From: a virus
Taxonomy: Duplodnaviria; Heunggongvirae; Uroviricota; Caudoviricetes
Length of the DNA: 64,000 nt
Reading direction: 5' to 3' (one strand)
Virus record (IMG/VR): IMGVR_UViG_3300044951_001136
Both the position numbers and the translations under genes were made by a program. Numbering within the stretch: position 1 is the stretch's first letter; each line of letters begins with the position of its first letter. Shown here in pieces: positions 8,991 through 18,365 of the stretch. The notes under the pieces are model-generated. The model was not told the DNA's origin. It did no database searches and worked only from the letters and a program-made list of their open reading frames with translations.

Positions 8991-10022
8991 ATGTCAACAA
9001 TTCGCATTCTCGCTGGCTCTTATCGCAATAACACCGTTGCTGGTGAAGTGTTTACTCTGGTCAAGGGTTATCAAGTTGGCAAAAAGGGCGGTTTTGTTAC
9101 TGTTAAAAATGAAGGTCAGCTTGAAGTAGGTGGTCCTCAGGTCCGTATCAATCTTCAAAGCATTGAAGATATTGAATTTATGAACGGAGAGCATATGATT
9201 AGTAATACTGTAGAATTCAAGGTAAGGCATGAAGTGCCCGCAGAAACTGAAGAAGAAGCAATGAATCGCATTGCCGAACGATTTGGCATTCTTGATGAAA
9301 TGGCTCGTGCATGTATCAGCGGTGATATCCGTGCAATGATTGTTGCAGGCCCTCCGGGTGTTGGCAAGAGTTATGGTGTTGAGACACAAATGGAAAAAGC
9401 TAGCATGTTTGACAAGATTGCCGGCAAGAAGGTTCGTTTCAATGTCGTCAAGGGTGCAATGACTGCACTTGGGCTGTACACACAATTGTACAAATATTCT
9501 GACACAAAGAATGTACTGATTTTTGATGATTGTGATAGCGTGTTCGCCGATGAGTTGGCATTGAACATTCTGAAAGCAGCATTGGATTCAGGTAAGACTC
9601 GCAAAATTTGCTGGAATAGTGACAGTCGTTTGCTGCGTGAAGAAGGTATCCCGAACGAATTCAAATTCAATGGCAGTGCTATCTTTATCACTAACTTGAA
9701 GTTTGACAATATCAAAAGCAAGAAGTTGCAGGATCACTTGGAAGCATTGCAAAGTCGTTGTCACTTTCTGGACCTGACGATCAATAGTGAGCGTGACAAA
9801 ATGTTGCGTATCAAGCAAGTGCATCGTGATGCAGACGGCGGCTTGTTCAAGGACTATGGCTTCACTCCTGAATTGGAAAATGAAGTGTTGGATTTCATGT
9901 GGGAAAATCATAGCAAGTTGCGTGAATTGAGTTTGCGTATGTGCTTGAAGATTTCTGACCTGATCAAGATCAGCCCAGCAAACTGGAAAAATCTTGCTCG
10001 TACTACTTGTATGCGGACTTAA
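8991..10022 (+). CDS. AAA+ family ATPase with N-terminal extra domain
   Basis: Walker A VAGPPGVGKS, Walker B VLIFDDCD, sensor/arginine finger ALQSRC; CAGGAG RBS. Confidence 0.85.
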   Translation: MSTIRILAGSYRNNTVAGEVFTLVKGYQVGKKGGFVTVKNEGQLEVGGPQVRINLQSIEDIEFMNGEHMISNTVEFKVRHEVPAETEEEAMNRIAERFGILDEMARACISGDIRAMIVAGPPGVGKSYGVETQMEKASMFDKIAGKKVRFNVVKGAMTALGLYTQLYKYSDTKNVLIFDDCDSVFADELALNILKAALDSGKTRKICWNSDSRLLREEGIPNEFKFNGSAIFITNLKFDNIKSKKLQDHLEALQSRCHFLDLTINSERDKMLRIKQVHRDADGGLFKDYGFTPELENEVLDFMWENHSKLRELSLRMCLKISDLIKISPANWKNLARTTCMRT

Positions 10023-10078
10023 CTCTACAGTGTGAGTAAAGGGCAATGTCAATAAGTCCCGTAGGAAAAGGAAATTTT

Positions 10079-11101
10079 ATGACTCGCAAGATGGCTACTA
10101 TCCGAAAAATTGACTCTATTCGGGATATTCCCGGAGCAGACTCTATTGAGTGTTGCTCCCTTGGAGGGTGGAATGTTGTTACTCGTAAGGGCGAATATAC
10201 TGCCGGTGATCTAGCAGTGTACTGTGAAATTGATTCATGGATTCCATATGAGGTGGCACCATTTCTATCAAAGGGAAACTTCCCTCACGTTTACAATGAA
10301 GTCAAAGGCGAACGTCTGCGTACTGTAAAATTGCGTGGCCAATTGAGCCAAGGCTTGTTGCTGCCTAGGCATGCTGCACTAGACAAGATCGGAGAGATTT
10401 ACGAAGGTATGGATGTTTCAGAACTGCTTGGCATTGTCAAGTATGAAGCACCAATTTCTGCGGCATTGGCCGGAGAAGTTAAGGGAATGTTCCCTTCCCG
10501 TATTCCCAAGACGGATCAAGAGCGTATTCAAAACTTGTCAACTGAGTTGGAAGAATGGCGGGCAGAAGGTCTCACCTGGGAAGTGTCTGAGAAGTTAGAT
10601 GGCTCGTCAATGACTGTTTATGTTATTGATGGGGAAGTTGGTGTCTGTTCCCGCAATCTTGACCTCAAGCGTAACCCAGACAATTCACTATGGCGTGCTG
10701 CTATCAAGCACGGACTTGAACCAAAGCTAGTTGCTTATGGCCGCAATATTGCAGTTCAAGGTGAATTGATTGGCAATGGCATTCAAGGAAATATGTACAA
10801 GTTTCGTGATCAAGACTTTTATGTTTACGACATTTACGACATTGACGCGGGACATTACTTTACCCCCGCTGAACGCCACATATTTGTATCAGAACATGAG
10901 TTGAATTATTGTCCGATATTCAAGTCAGACTTTATGCTTACCACTGAGACTGTGGCGGATTTGCTAAAGATGGCAGAAGGTAAGAGTGTAATGGGCAACA
11001 TTGTTGGTCCAGAGCGTGAAGGTCTTGTGTACAAGTGCAACGAACGGCAAGTGTCCTTCAAGACAGTTTCTAATAAGTTTTTGCTTAAGGGCGGTGAGTA
11101 G
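10079..11101 (+). CDS. ATP-dependent RNA ligase (DRB0094/Rnl2-like) with N-terminal OB-like domain
   Basis: Motif I EKLDGSS, QGELIG, REGLVYK, FKTVSNKFLL. Start moved to ATG 10079 after AAGGA. Confidence 0.85.
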   Translation: MTRKMATIRKIDSIRDIPGADSIECCSLGGWNVVTRKGEYTAGDLAVYCEIDSWIPYEVAPFLSKGNFPHVYNEVKGERLRTVKLRGQLSQGLLLPRHAALDKIGEIYEGMDVSELLGIVKYEAPISAALAGEVKGMFPSRIPKTDQERIQNLSTELEEWRAEGLTWEVSEKLDGSSMTVYVIDGEVGVCSRNLDLKRNPDNSLWRAAIKHGLEPKLVAYGRNIAVQGELIGNGIQGNMYKFRDQDFYVYDIYDIDAGHYFTPAERHIFVSEHELNYCPIFKSDFMLTTETVADLLKMAEGKSVMGNIVGPEREGLVYKCNERQVSFKTVSNKFLLKGGE

Positions 11102-11128
11102 TGGTTTTATTTTATAAAGGGTTAATTT

Positions 11129-11374
11129 ATGTTTAAGGATATTCGTTTTATTGCTGCTATGCGTACATTGGCAGTTTTTGCATCCATATTAGTAGGTGCG
11201 GGAGTTTTTCAGGTTCTACTTATTTACGGTAGTTATCAGATTATGATGTTGGTACTTGTTGGATTTGTACTGTGTCTATCAATTTCTATGATATATAGCC
11301 TTATGCTAGATAAAGTAAAACAAGAGCAAAATTCAAAAAAACTTTCTGACCGTATTGCTGATATCACCAAATAA
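11129..11374 (+). CDS. small membrane protein
   Basis: Two hydrophobic stretches; 81 aa. Confidence 0.7.
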   Translation: MFKDIRFIAAMRTLAVFASILVGAGVFQVLLIYGSYQIMMLVLVGFVLCLSISMIYSLMLDKVKQEQNSKKLSDRIADITK

Positions 11375-11388
11375 GGTTGATGATAAAA

Positions 11389-11410
11389 AAAAGGGACTTG
11401 GGTCCCTTTT
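11389..11410 (+). terminator. intrinsic terminator (possibly bidirectional)
   Basis: AAAAGGGAC-TTGG-GTCCCTTTT. Confidence 0.75.
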
Positions 11411-11460
11411 GCCGTTATTGTTGTAATCGTATAATTGATTATGCTATACTAAGTACTAAT

Positions 11461-12948
11461 ATGAAACAAGTTAAATTAGAAATTAAAGATGAAGTAAATG
11501 TTAAGATCCATGGATTGGAACTAACCGAACGCAAAGCATTAGTTAAAATGTTTGAGTACGATGTACCCGGTGCACGATATCTTCCTGCAGTGCGACTTGG
11601 TAGATGGAATGGTAAGGTAAGTTTCTTTAGTCTAGCTGGATCAAGCTATGTTAATCTACTTCCTGAAATACTCCCGTTCATTGATAGCAGAGGCTATGAT
11701 ATTGAACTAGAAGACCTGCGTACATATAGCACCTCGTTTAATTTTGCTGAAGTGTCCGAAGAAACATTCAAGCATAAGAATTGGCCCGAAGGACATCCAA
11801 TCGCAGGGCAACCGGTGGTATTGCGGGACTATCAAATATCAATCATCAATGAGTTTCTAAAGAATCCTCAGTCGCTACAAGAGATTGCAACAGGTGCAGG
11901 TAAAACTTTAATCACAGCAGCACTAAGTTGGTCTATTGAAAGTTATGGCCGTAGTATTGTTATTGTACCTAACAAAAGTCTTGTGATACAAACAGAAGCA
12001 GATTACATTAATCTTGGATTAGATGTTGGTGTATACTTTGGCGATAGAAAAGAATTTGGTAAAACACATACAATTTGTACTTGGCAAAGTCTTAACAATA
12101 TGCTTAAGAAAACAAAAGCAGGTGAAGCCGAAGTTGAGATTGGTGACTTTCTTGAAAATGTAGTGTGTGTCATGGTTGACGAGGTTCACATGGCCAAAGC
12201 AGATGCACTAAAAGAATTACTTACTGGGGTAATGAGCAACATCCCGATTCGTTGGGGATTGACTGGAACTATCCCTAAAGAAAAATTTGCAAGTCAAGCG
12301 ATCTTTATCAGTCTAGGCAATGTAATTAACAAACTATCAGCCAGCGAGTTGCAAGACAGAGGTGTACTAGCACAATGTCATGTAAACATCGTTCAACTGC
12401 AAGATGGTGTTGAATTCAGTAATTACCAATCTGAATTAAAACATTTGCTTGAAGATGGCAAACGGTTAGATAAGATTAGTCAACTAGTAGATACAATTAA
12501 AAACACTGGTAACACATTGATATTAGTTGATAGAGTAGCAGCAGGCAAAGAATTACATAACAGATTAGCCGAACTATTACGGGACTTCAAAACAGAATAT
12601 GATGTTGTATTCGTATCAGGTAATACTGGTATGAATGAACGCAAAGAACAATATGATGAGGTTGCAACATCAACTAACAAAATCATTATAGCTACTTATG
12701 GTGTAGCGGCCGTGGGTATTAATATTCCACGAATCTTTAACCTTGTGCTAATTGAACCGGGTAAGAGTTTTGTCAGGGTAATACAAAGTATCGGGCGTGG
12801 TATTCGTAAAGCCGAAGATAAGGCTCACGTGGAAATTTGGGATATCACAAGTAGCTGTAAATTTGCTAAACGACATCTTACCCAACGAAAAACATTTTAT
12901 AAAGAGGCTAACTACCCGTTTGATGTAGAAAAAGTTACATATAAATGA
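11461..12948 (+). CDS. uvsW: SF2 DNA helicase UvsW
   Basis: ATGAGKT, MVDEVH, GLTGT, QSIGRGIR motifs. Start moved to 11461, downstream of the terminator and TATACT 11445-11450. Confidence 0.92.
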   Translation: MKQVKLEIKDEVNVKIHGLELTERKALVKMFEYDVPGARYLPAVRLGRWNGKVSFFSLAGSSYVNLLPEILPFIDSRGYDIELEDLRTYSTSFNFAEVSEETFKHKNWPEGHPIAGQPVVLRDYQISIINEFLKNPQSLQEIATGAGKTLITAALSWSIESYGRSIVIVPNKSLVIQTEADYINLGLDVGVYFGDRKEFGKTHTICTWQSLNNMLKKTKAGEAEVEIGDFLENVVCVMVDEVHMAKADALKELLTGVMSNIPIRWGLTGTIPKEKFASQAIFISLGNVINKLSASELQDRGVLAQCHVNIVQLQDGVEFSNYQSELKHLLEDGKRLDKISQLVDTIKNTGNTLILVDRVAAGKELHNRLAELLRDFKTEYDVVFVSGNTGMNERKEQYDEVATSTNKIIIATYGVAAVGINIPRIFNLVLIEPGKSFVRVIQSIGRGIRKAEDKAHVEIWDITSSCKFAKRHLTQRKTFYKEANYPFDVEKVTYK

Positions 12949-12960
12949 TACAATAATTGT

Positions 12961-13464
12961 ATGAATATTTTATTGCTAGACACAAATACCCGCTACAATT
13001 TGGAAATGTTACCCGAAGAAGTGGAAGACCTTAGATTCGCTATACTAGACAATTCAAACCCTTCAAATGTGGATTATCATTATATCCCGTTAATCTTTTT
13101 AGAAAGTTTTAATGCCCCGGCTCTTGTATTGAAGATTGGTAATCATACAATTAAGATGCCAGTAGATTGGCAGATATTGATTGGTGAAAAAGAACACGGG
13201 GACTTAGAGACATTACCACTGACAAGTATCAATGACAGAGGATTTAATGTGTTTCAGTTTAATCCATTAACTAGTTTTAGTCCTACATTTCTGCCCATTG
13301 AGATTGTAGATATCTATCACGATGTAACATGGTATGCTCCGCGATTGCGTAATGGTCAATTTCTGTGTGTTCCACTGAATGATGGTCCTAAACCCGAATG
13401 TGTTTATTTTGTAAAAGAGATTAGTCGTAATTGCGAGATTGTGGACTATAACCAAGCCTTTTAA
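12961..13464 (+). CDS. hypothetical beta-rich protein (possible degenerate Hint-like fold)
   Basis: 167 aa, operonic with uvsW; fold guess is inference only. Confidence 0.6.
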   Translation: MNILLLDTNTRYNLEMLPEEVEDLRFAILDNSNPSNVDYHYIPLIFLESFNAPALVLKIGNHTIKMPVDWQILIGEKEHGDLETLPLTSINDRGFNVFQFNPLTSFSPTFLPIEIVDIYHDVTWYAPRLRNGQFLCVPLNDGPKPECVYFVKEISRNCEIVDYNQAF

Positions 13465-13466
13465 TT

Positions 13467-14060
13467 ATGGCAACCAAAAAAGCAGCAACACCAACTGATG
13501 AAAAATTTGATAAACAAGATTTAAACTTGTTTGAGGTCCTTGCCGCATTAGATAAAAAGGATTATGATTTCTTTGACAGGCTATCACCTGAACAACAAAA
13601 GAAGTTTGTCCCGTTCACAATGATTCAATGGCTAAGTGCAATTAAGGGCAATGAAGCATTGAGCAGATATTATGTAATGAGTACAGCCGAGTATGCGAAT
13701 AAGTATTTGTTTAATGAGAATGTGCAGAAGCACCCAAAATTACAATGGTTAATGATGTGTGCAAGTAGTCCGGGAGTAGGTAAACAATTTCATCAGTGGA
13801 TACCCAACATTAGTCCTAAGGTAAGTAAATTACAAGCACCGGCTAAACTAAAAGATATCAAAGAGTATTACAATAAAATATATCCTAGAGCGGATAGTGA
13901 TGACATTGACGCGGTAAGTGAAGCGTTTGTATCTGGTCAAAAGCGCAAACTTAAATTAGCAGAATTGTTTCCTAATATGAAATTAACAGATATTGAGGTT
14001 TTAAATGAAACTATCACTGATCAGCAACTTAAGCAATATGAACGAGACCTCGGCAATTGA
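13467..14060 (+). CDS. probable clamp-loader small subunit (T4 gp62-like)
   Basis: Pattern PFTMIQWLS...YANKY...LQW...KQFHQWI...IKEYY resembles gp62 homologues; replication-cluster context. Confidence 0.5.
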   Translation: MATKKAATPTDEKFDKQDLNLFEVLAALDKKDYDFFDRLSPEQQKKFVPFTMIQWLSAIKGNEALSRYYVMSTAEYANKYLFNENVQKHPKLQWLMMCASSPGVGKQFHQWIPNISPKVSKLQAPAKLKDIKEYYNKIYPRADSDDIDAVSEAFVSGQKRKLKLAELFPNMKLTDIEVLNETITDQQLKQYERDLGN

Positions 14061-14742
14061 TAAGCCGGTGAAGTATGGTTGCGAGTTTTGCAAAAGAGAA
14101 TTCCTCAAAGAATCAACCACGCTTAGACATGTATGTGAAACGAAACGCAGATGGTTAGACAAAGACAATCATGGCAATAGAATTGCATTCCAATGCTGGT
14201 TAGATTTTTATAAAAAGAATACATCAAAACGAAAAAATCTAGCACACGAAGATTTTATTAAGAACCCATACTACATTGCGTTTGTTAAGTTTGGTAACTA
14301 TTGTGTCAGTATCAATGCAATTAACATTCCCAGATTTATTGATTGGTTATTGAAGAATCAAACTAAGATTGACAACTGGTGCAGTGATAGTACATACACT
14401 AAATATCTTGTTGAATATTTGCGATACGAGGACGCATTTGATGCTATACATCGTAGCGTGGGAAATTGTATTAACTTAGCAGAAGATGCAGGTATACAAC
14501 CACAAGATATTTTAAGATACGGGAATGTAAATAAAATATGTTATGCTATCACCGCAGGTAAGATAAGTCCATGGTTGTTGTATCAAAGTAACAGTGGTAC
14601 CCATTTTCTAGATACATTAAATGAAGGACATGTTAAACTAATCATTGATTATATCAACCCAGAACAATGGGCAATAAAGTTCAAACGAGATGCAGACCTT
14701 ACTAAACGAGTTAAAGACACCCTCAGCGAAGCTGGGTACTAG
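14005..14742 (+). CDS. hypothetical protein with N-terminal C2HC/C2H2-like zinc finger
   Basis: YGCEFCKREF...LRHVC; alternative start ATG 14038. Confidence 0.65.
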   Translation: MKLSLISNLSNMNETSAIDKPVKYGCEFCKREFLKESTTLRHVCETKRRWLDKDNHGNRIAFQCWLDFYKKNTSKRKNLAHEDFIKNPYYIAFVKFGNYCVSINAINIPRFIDWLLKNQTKIDNWCSDSTYTKYLVEYLRYEDAFDAIHRSVGNCINLAEDAGIQPQDILRYGNVNKICYAITAGKISPWLLYQSNSGTHFLDTLNEGHVKLIIDYINPEQWAIKFKRDADLTKRVKDTLSEAGY

Positions 14743-14923
14743 AGTTCGCATGCCATGGACGGCAATTACAGGCGGCCCAGGTTGGAATGACCCTTATGCT
14801 TGGGCAGTAGAAAATTTAGGAGTGCAAGGAGAAAATTTTCACACTAATTGTTCTGTACATTATATGGATTTTTATTTTTATGATGAGAGGAATGCAATAT
14901 ATTTTGCGTTGAGATGGTTATGA
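14690..14923 (+). CDS. small LRW-family paralogue
   Basis: AWAVENLG...FYFYDERNAIYFALRWL; start may be ATG 14750. Confidence 0.7.
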   Translation: MQTLLNELKTPSAKLGTRVRMPWTAITGGPGWNDPYAWAVENLGVQGENFHTNCSVHYMDFYFYDERNAIYFALRWL

Positions 14924-15207
14924 TAAAGAAACGCGCCATGAGTACAGCAAGATGGGCTAATTGCATTGAAACTGATAACATGAAACACCTTGAAACTGGT
15001 TATGCTGACGCTTACCCTAAATATCCTTATTGGGTTAAACCAATGTACTTTTCTGCTGTTGAGTGGTATGCAATGGCAGATTGGATAACAATGACATTTG
15101 GGGATAGTGATTGGTCAACCCCTAATAGTTGTTGGATAGGCAGTGATCGTAAATATTGGTTCCGTAATGAAGCAGATCGTAATTGGTTCATGTTGAGGTG
15201 GCTATGA
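14920..15207 (+). CDS. small LRW-family paralogue
   Basis: DWITMTFG...YWFRNEADRNWFMLRWL; ATGA overlap. Confidence 0.75.
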   Translation: MIKKRAMSTARWANCIETDNMKHLETGYADAYPKYPYWVKPMYFSAVEWYAMADWITMTFGDSDWSTPNSCWIGSDRKYWFRNEADRNWFMLRWL

Positions 15208-15494
15208 ATAATATAATGGTTGAAGATTTTACAAGACGATATAATGCCAGGATACATTATCAGTATTATCGCAACAGCCCCCATGCCTCACTTGGAGCAT
15301 TAGATTACACTGATTCCAGAGATAGAGTAGAGATTGAACTCCCCGTAAGAGCATTTCAGCTTATGGTTCGTCTGGATAATCGTGCAGAGGAAGATAGTAG
15401 AGAGCAGCAGGAAGAACGACAAATTCGTGCAAAGTATCCTGCAGTGGCTGATGCATATGACAAATATAAAATGTTACTGGCGTTATGCAAATAA
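15204..15494 (+). CDS. hypothetical protein (not LRW family)
   Basis: ATGA overlap with GAGGTG RBS; ends AYDKYKMLLALCK. Confidence 0.7.
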   Translation: MNNIMVEDFTRRYNARIHYQYYRNSPHASLGALDYTDSRDRVEIELPVRAFQLMVRLDNRAEEDSREQQEERQIRAKYPAVADAYDKYKMLLALCK

Positions 15495-15883
15495 TTGACT
15501 ACATTGTAGACAAGTATCTAACTTGGCGTACTGGGCTAGACAAACAAACCCGCGATCATCGCAAGTGGTACGAAGAAACAGTTGTACATGGTGCCGGCAC
15601 GATTGAAAATATGTTTATGAATTTCAAATACATACTTCCAGTCTCCACTGAGATATTTAATTCTTCTGACCCATTTGGTTGGAACCCGAGTAAAGACTTT
15701 CGGCAGTACATGTATCCTAACCGAGCGTTAAATAACTGTGCAGTATATTACTTTGCCCGCGGGTATAGAGATCGATGGGATGGAAAGTTTCATATTAATG
15801 ATATGCGGCACGAACAAGACCAAGTATTCGTAGCAACCAACAATGAAAGGGATGCTGTGATGATAGCATTAAAATTCACATGA
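15485..15883 (+). CDS. LRW-family-like protein
   Basis: Ends VFVATNNERDAVMIALKFT. Confidence 0.7.
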   Translation: MQIIDYIVDKYLTWRTGLDKQTRDHRKWYEETVVHGAGTIENMFMNFKYILPVSTEIFNSSDPFGWNPSKDFRQYMYPNRALNNCAVYYFARGYRDRWDGKFHINDMRHEQDQVFVATNNERDAVMIALKFT

Positions 15884-16125
15884 GCAAATTCGTACACAGA
15901 ACAGAACGCTATTTTGGCAGCAAAATTAATATACATACTATCTCTTGGAAGGGACAAGAAGATGTTGACACCAAAGAAGTAAAGAAATGGTGTAAGAAGA
16001 ATTTTGGCAACTCAGGCTATGATGATGAAACTAGTAGCAATCGTTGGTTAGATAATAGTAAAATTAGCGAGATAGTATTAACTCGTGATGAAGATTTAAC
16101 TTTGTTTTTACTACGATGGGAATGA
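15880..16125 (+). CDS. small LRW-family paralogue
   Basis: KWCKKNFG...IVLTRDEDLTLFLLRWE. Confidence 0.75.
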   Translation: MSKFVHRTERYFGSKINIHTISWKGQEDVDTKEVKKWCKKNFGNSGYDDETSSNRWLDNSKISEIVLTRDEDLTLFLLRWE

Positions 16126-16307
16126 AGTATGTTACATTGCCGTACGATTTGACTTGGGAAGCATTAGCTTGGGCCAAAAAACATTCCCCAAGTTATGTTA
16201 CCAATGATCTACATCAGGATGGGTACAATCACTATGATCTTTATCAGATTGATTACTTTTTTAGTGATGAGCAAGATGCTATTTGGTTTAAGTTGAGGTG
16301 GACATGA
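16122..16307 (+). CDS. small LRW-family paralogue
   Basis: AWAKKHSP...YFFSDEQDAIWFKLRWT. Confidence 0.75.
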   Translation: MKYVTLPYDLTWEALAWAKKHSPSYVTNDLHQDGYNHYDLYQIDYFFSDEQDAIWFKLRWT

Positions 16308-16669
16308 GCAAGTATAACATCAAAGGTATTTTCTTTTGGAAGGAAAAATATTCACATTGGATACCCTGTGGACTAACCATCAACGAAAAACTCTGGTGGA
16401 GATTTGTTCCCGGTGTTGTTATCAATGTTGCGTGGCCTGATGGTCCAATAATTAAAGAATTCATTGATCAATATAAAACGGACGAGCAGTGGTTGTCAGC
16501 AGATCCAAACGTTCATTATAGGCCCTGGATGGAAAAACATATTGGAAAACAAGGATGGGATTGGGACTGGGGTCTAGCCGATCGGGATGCTACCGAGAAC
16601 CGATTAACCATAAAGATTAGACAAAAGCATGCCAAATATGCTACAATAGCAGCATTGAGATGGTCATGA
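16304..16669 (+). CDS. LRW-family paralogue
   Basis: PWMEKHIG...IKIRQKHAKYATIAALRWS. Confidence 0.75.
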   Translation: MSKYNIKGIFFWKEKYSHWIPCGLTINEKLWWRFVPGVVINVAWPDGPIIKEFIDQYKTDEQWLSADPNVHYRPWMEKHIGKQGWDWDWGLADRDATENRLTIKIRQKHAKYATIAALRWS

Positions 16670-16938
16670 CCAATATATCAAAGTCATTCCAAGATTATGA
16701 TCACGATGATCCTGATATAGATTTCAGAAAGAATCGTTGGAAGTATTGGAAGCTACTTAAACAAGCAAGAGTAGAATTCATGGAAGAAGATAAGACAAAT
16801 TATTATGACCATGATTTTGAAACTTATATTGAAAATAAGTATGGACTAAAGATGATCTTAGTCAACGGTAACATCACTGATGGTTACACGATAGTGGACG
16901 AACAAAAATACTTGATATTCTTATTGAGGTTTCAATGA
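16666..16938 (+). CDS. LRW-family paralogue
   Basis: TYIENKYG...TIVDEQKYLIFLLRFQ. Confidence 0.75.
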   Translation: MTNISKSFQDYDHDDPDIDFRKNRWKYWKLLKQARVEFMEEDKTNYYDHDFETYIENKYGLKMILVNGNITDGYTIVDEQKYLIFLLRFQ

Positions 16939-17168
16939 AGAATATAGACTGGGAAAATATTAAGCCAGGATGGCATGAACTAGTTATTAAACTTAATATG
17001 TATGACCTAGCTGAACAGCGCATAGAGATAATAGATTGGATAATAGCAAACATACAAAAATCAGAGAGGCATTGTGTGTATGCTTGGATGCATAATGAGA
17101 TTTGTTGGCTATTTAAAATTAAATTTAGATATGAACGAGATTACATTTTAGCCAGATTGAGGTGGTAA
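16935..17168 (+). CDS. small LRW-family paralogue
   Basis: DWIIANIQ...IKFRYERDYILARLRW. Confidence 0.75.
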   Translation: MKNIDWENIKPGWHELVIKLNMYDLAEQRIEIIDWIIANIQKSERHCVYAWMHNEICWLFKIKFRYERDYILARLRW

Positions 17169-17172
17169 AACT

Positions 17173-17448
17173 ATGGCAAAAATCATATATAGCGGAAATT
17201 ATGCCCCGATTCAAAATTATACCAGTAGTAAACTTTGCCGTGACAGTAAAACAACATCAGGTAGCAAAACAATCTACCAAAGAGATTGTAGTTATCATAA
17301 AGAAGATCCAGTTAGCCTAGTAAAATGGATGAGAAGAAATTTCGGTGAAAGACACCATGGTTGGGACTTCTCCTTAGCTAGCGGATGTGTTATAATAGAG
17401 TTGTGGGATGCTAAGTTTATAACAATGTATGAAATGTGGTATATGTAA
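17173..17448 (+). CDS. diverged LRW-family paralogue
   Basis: KWMRRNFG...IELWDAKFITMYEMWYM. Confidence 0.7.
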   Translation: MAKIIYSGNYAPIQNYTSSKLCRDSKTTSGSKTIYQRDCSYHKEDPVSLVKWMRRNFGERHHGWDFSLASGCVIIELWDAKFITMYEMWYM

Positions 17449-17804
17449 TGACCGATCTGTGTGATGTGCGAGTTGTAGGCAATAAGTATGCAGTAACTTG
17501 GAATAAACATATCACTGGTTTAAGTGTTTATGGCCCCAAAGTACATCTGTTGCTTAATATGATGTTAGACAATGTTAAATCATCTACAGTTGGAATTATA
17601 TTAAGTGATGGGAATGTAATGTGGTTAAGTTCAATATTATTGGTTACATTGAGATATGACACACTAACAGAATATCTTGAGCGTGTTGGTAGGGTGTTTG
17701 ACGAGACACAAATACTAGGTGCTATATTTGATAACACAACCGATGTTGAAGTTTTTACTAAGCGCCTTGAACAAAAATACATATGGCATATACTAAAGAA
17801 ATGA
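17448..17804 (+). CDS. hypothetical protein (possible distant LRW-family member)
   Basis: TAATG overlap; EYLERVG...AIFDNTTDVEVFTKRL. Confidence 0.65.
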   Translation: MTDLCDVRVVGNKYAVTWNKHITGLSVYGPKVHLLLNMMLDNVKSSTVGIILSDGNVMWLSSILLVTLRYDTLTEYLERVGRVFDETQILGAIFDNTTDVEVFTKRLEQKYIWHILKK

Positions 17805-17813
17805 GGAAATAAA

Positions 17814-18365
17814 ATGGATATTATGATAGATATTGAAAGTTTGAACACGACACCAGATTGTGTGATTCTTACGATTGGTGCAGTATTGTTTGACCCTCGC
17901 GGTCAGGGCATTATTAGCAAGATTGAAATTAGACCTACGATTGAAGATCAAACAGAGATTTACAATCGTAGTATCAATGATGCCACTTTAGAATGGTGGG
18001 GTAAACAAAGTCCAGAAGCTATTGAAGAAGCTATGGGTGATCAAGGTCGTGTATCATTTAGTGATGCAATGAAACAACTGTATGACTTTTGTTGGAATCA
18101 TGGTAAGCCATGGAGTCATGGAGCACCATTTGACATTGTGGTTATGGAACATGCTTGGCGACAACTTGGTTTAAGATCACCGTGGTCTTACGGGGATGTC
18201 AGAGATACACGAACATTGTTTGATATCACCGGTGTTAGTCTTAGAGACAAAAAATATAAAACTTCAACCACACACAAGGCAGTAGAAGATGCTGAACATC
18301 AAGCAATTGTGGTTCAGGATGCATACATGAAATTAATGAAAGCAGGATTGGTTCAACCGCGATGA
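17814..18365 (+). CDS. DEDDh 3'-5' exonuclease (T4 DexA / Rv2179c-like)
   Basis: IMIDIESL, WSHGAPFD, RDTRT, HKAVEDA motifs; GAGG RBS. Confidence 0.85.
   Translation: MDIMIDIESLNTTPDCVILTIGAVLFDPRGQGIISKIEIRPTIEDQTEIYNRSINDATLEWWGKQSPEAIEEAMGDQGRVSFSDAMKQLYDFCWNHGKPWSHGAPFDIVVMEHAWRQLGLRSPWSYGDVRDTRTLFDITGVSLRDKKYKTSTTHKAVEDAEHQAIVVQDAYMKLMKAGLVQPR

Noticed and set aside
11377-11460. N-terminal extension of UvsW in the ORF track (MMIKKRDLGPFCRYCC...)
   Set aside because: It runs through a terminator hairpin and a -10 box; ATG 11461 gives a typical start.
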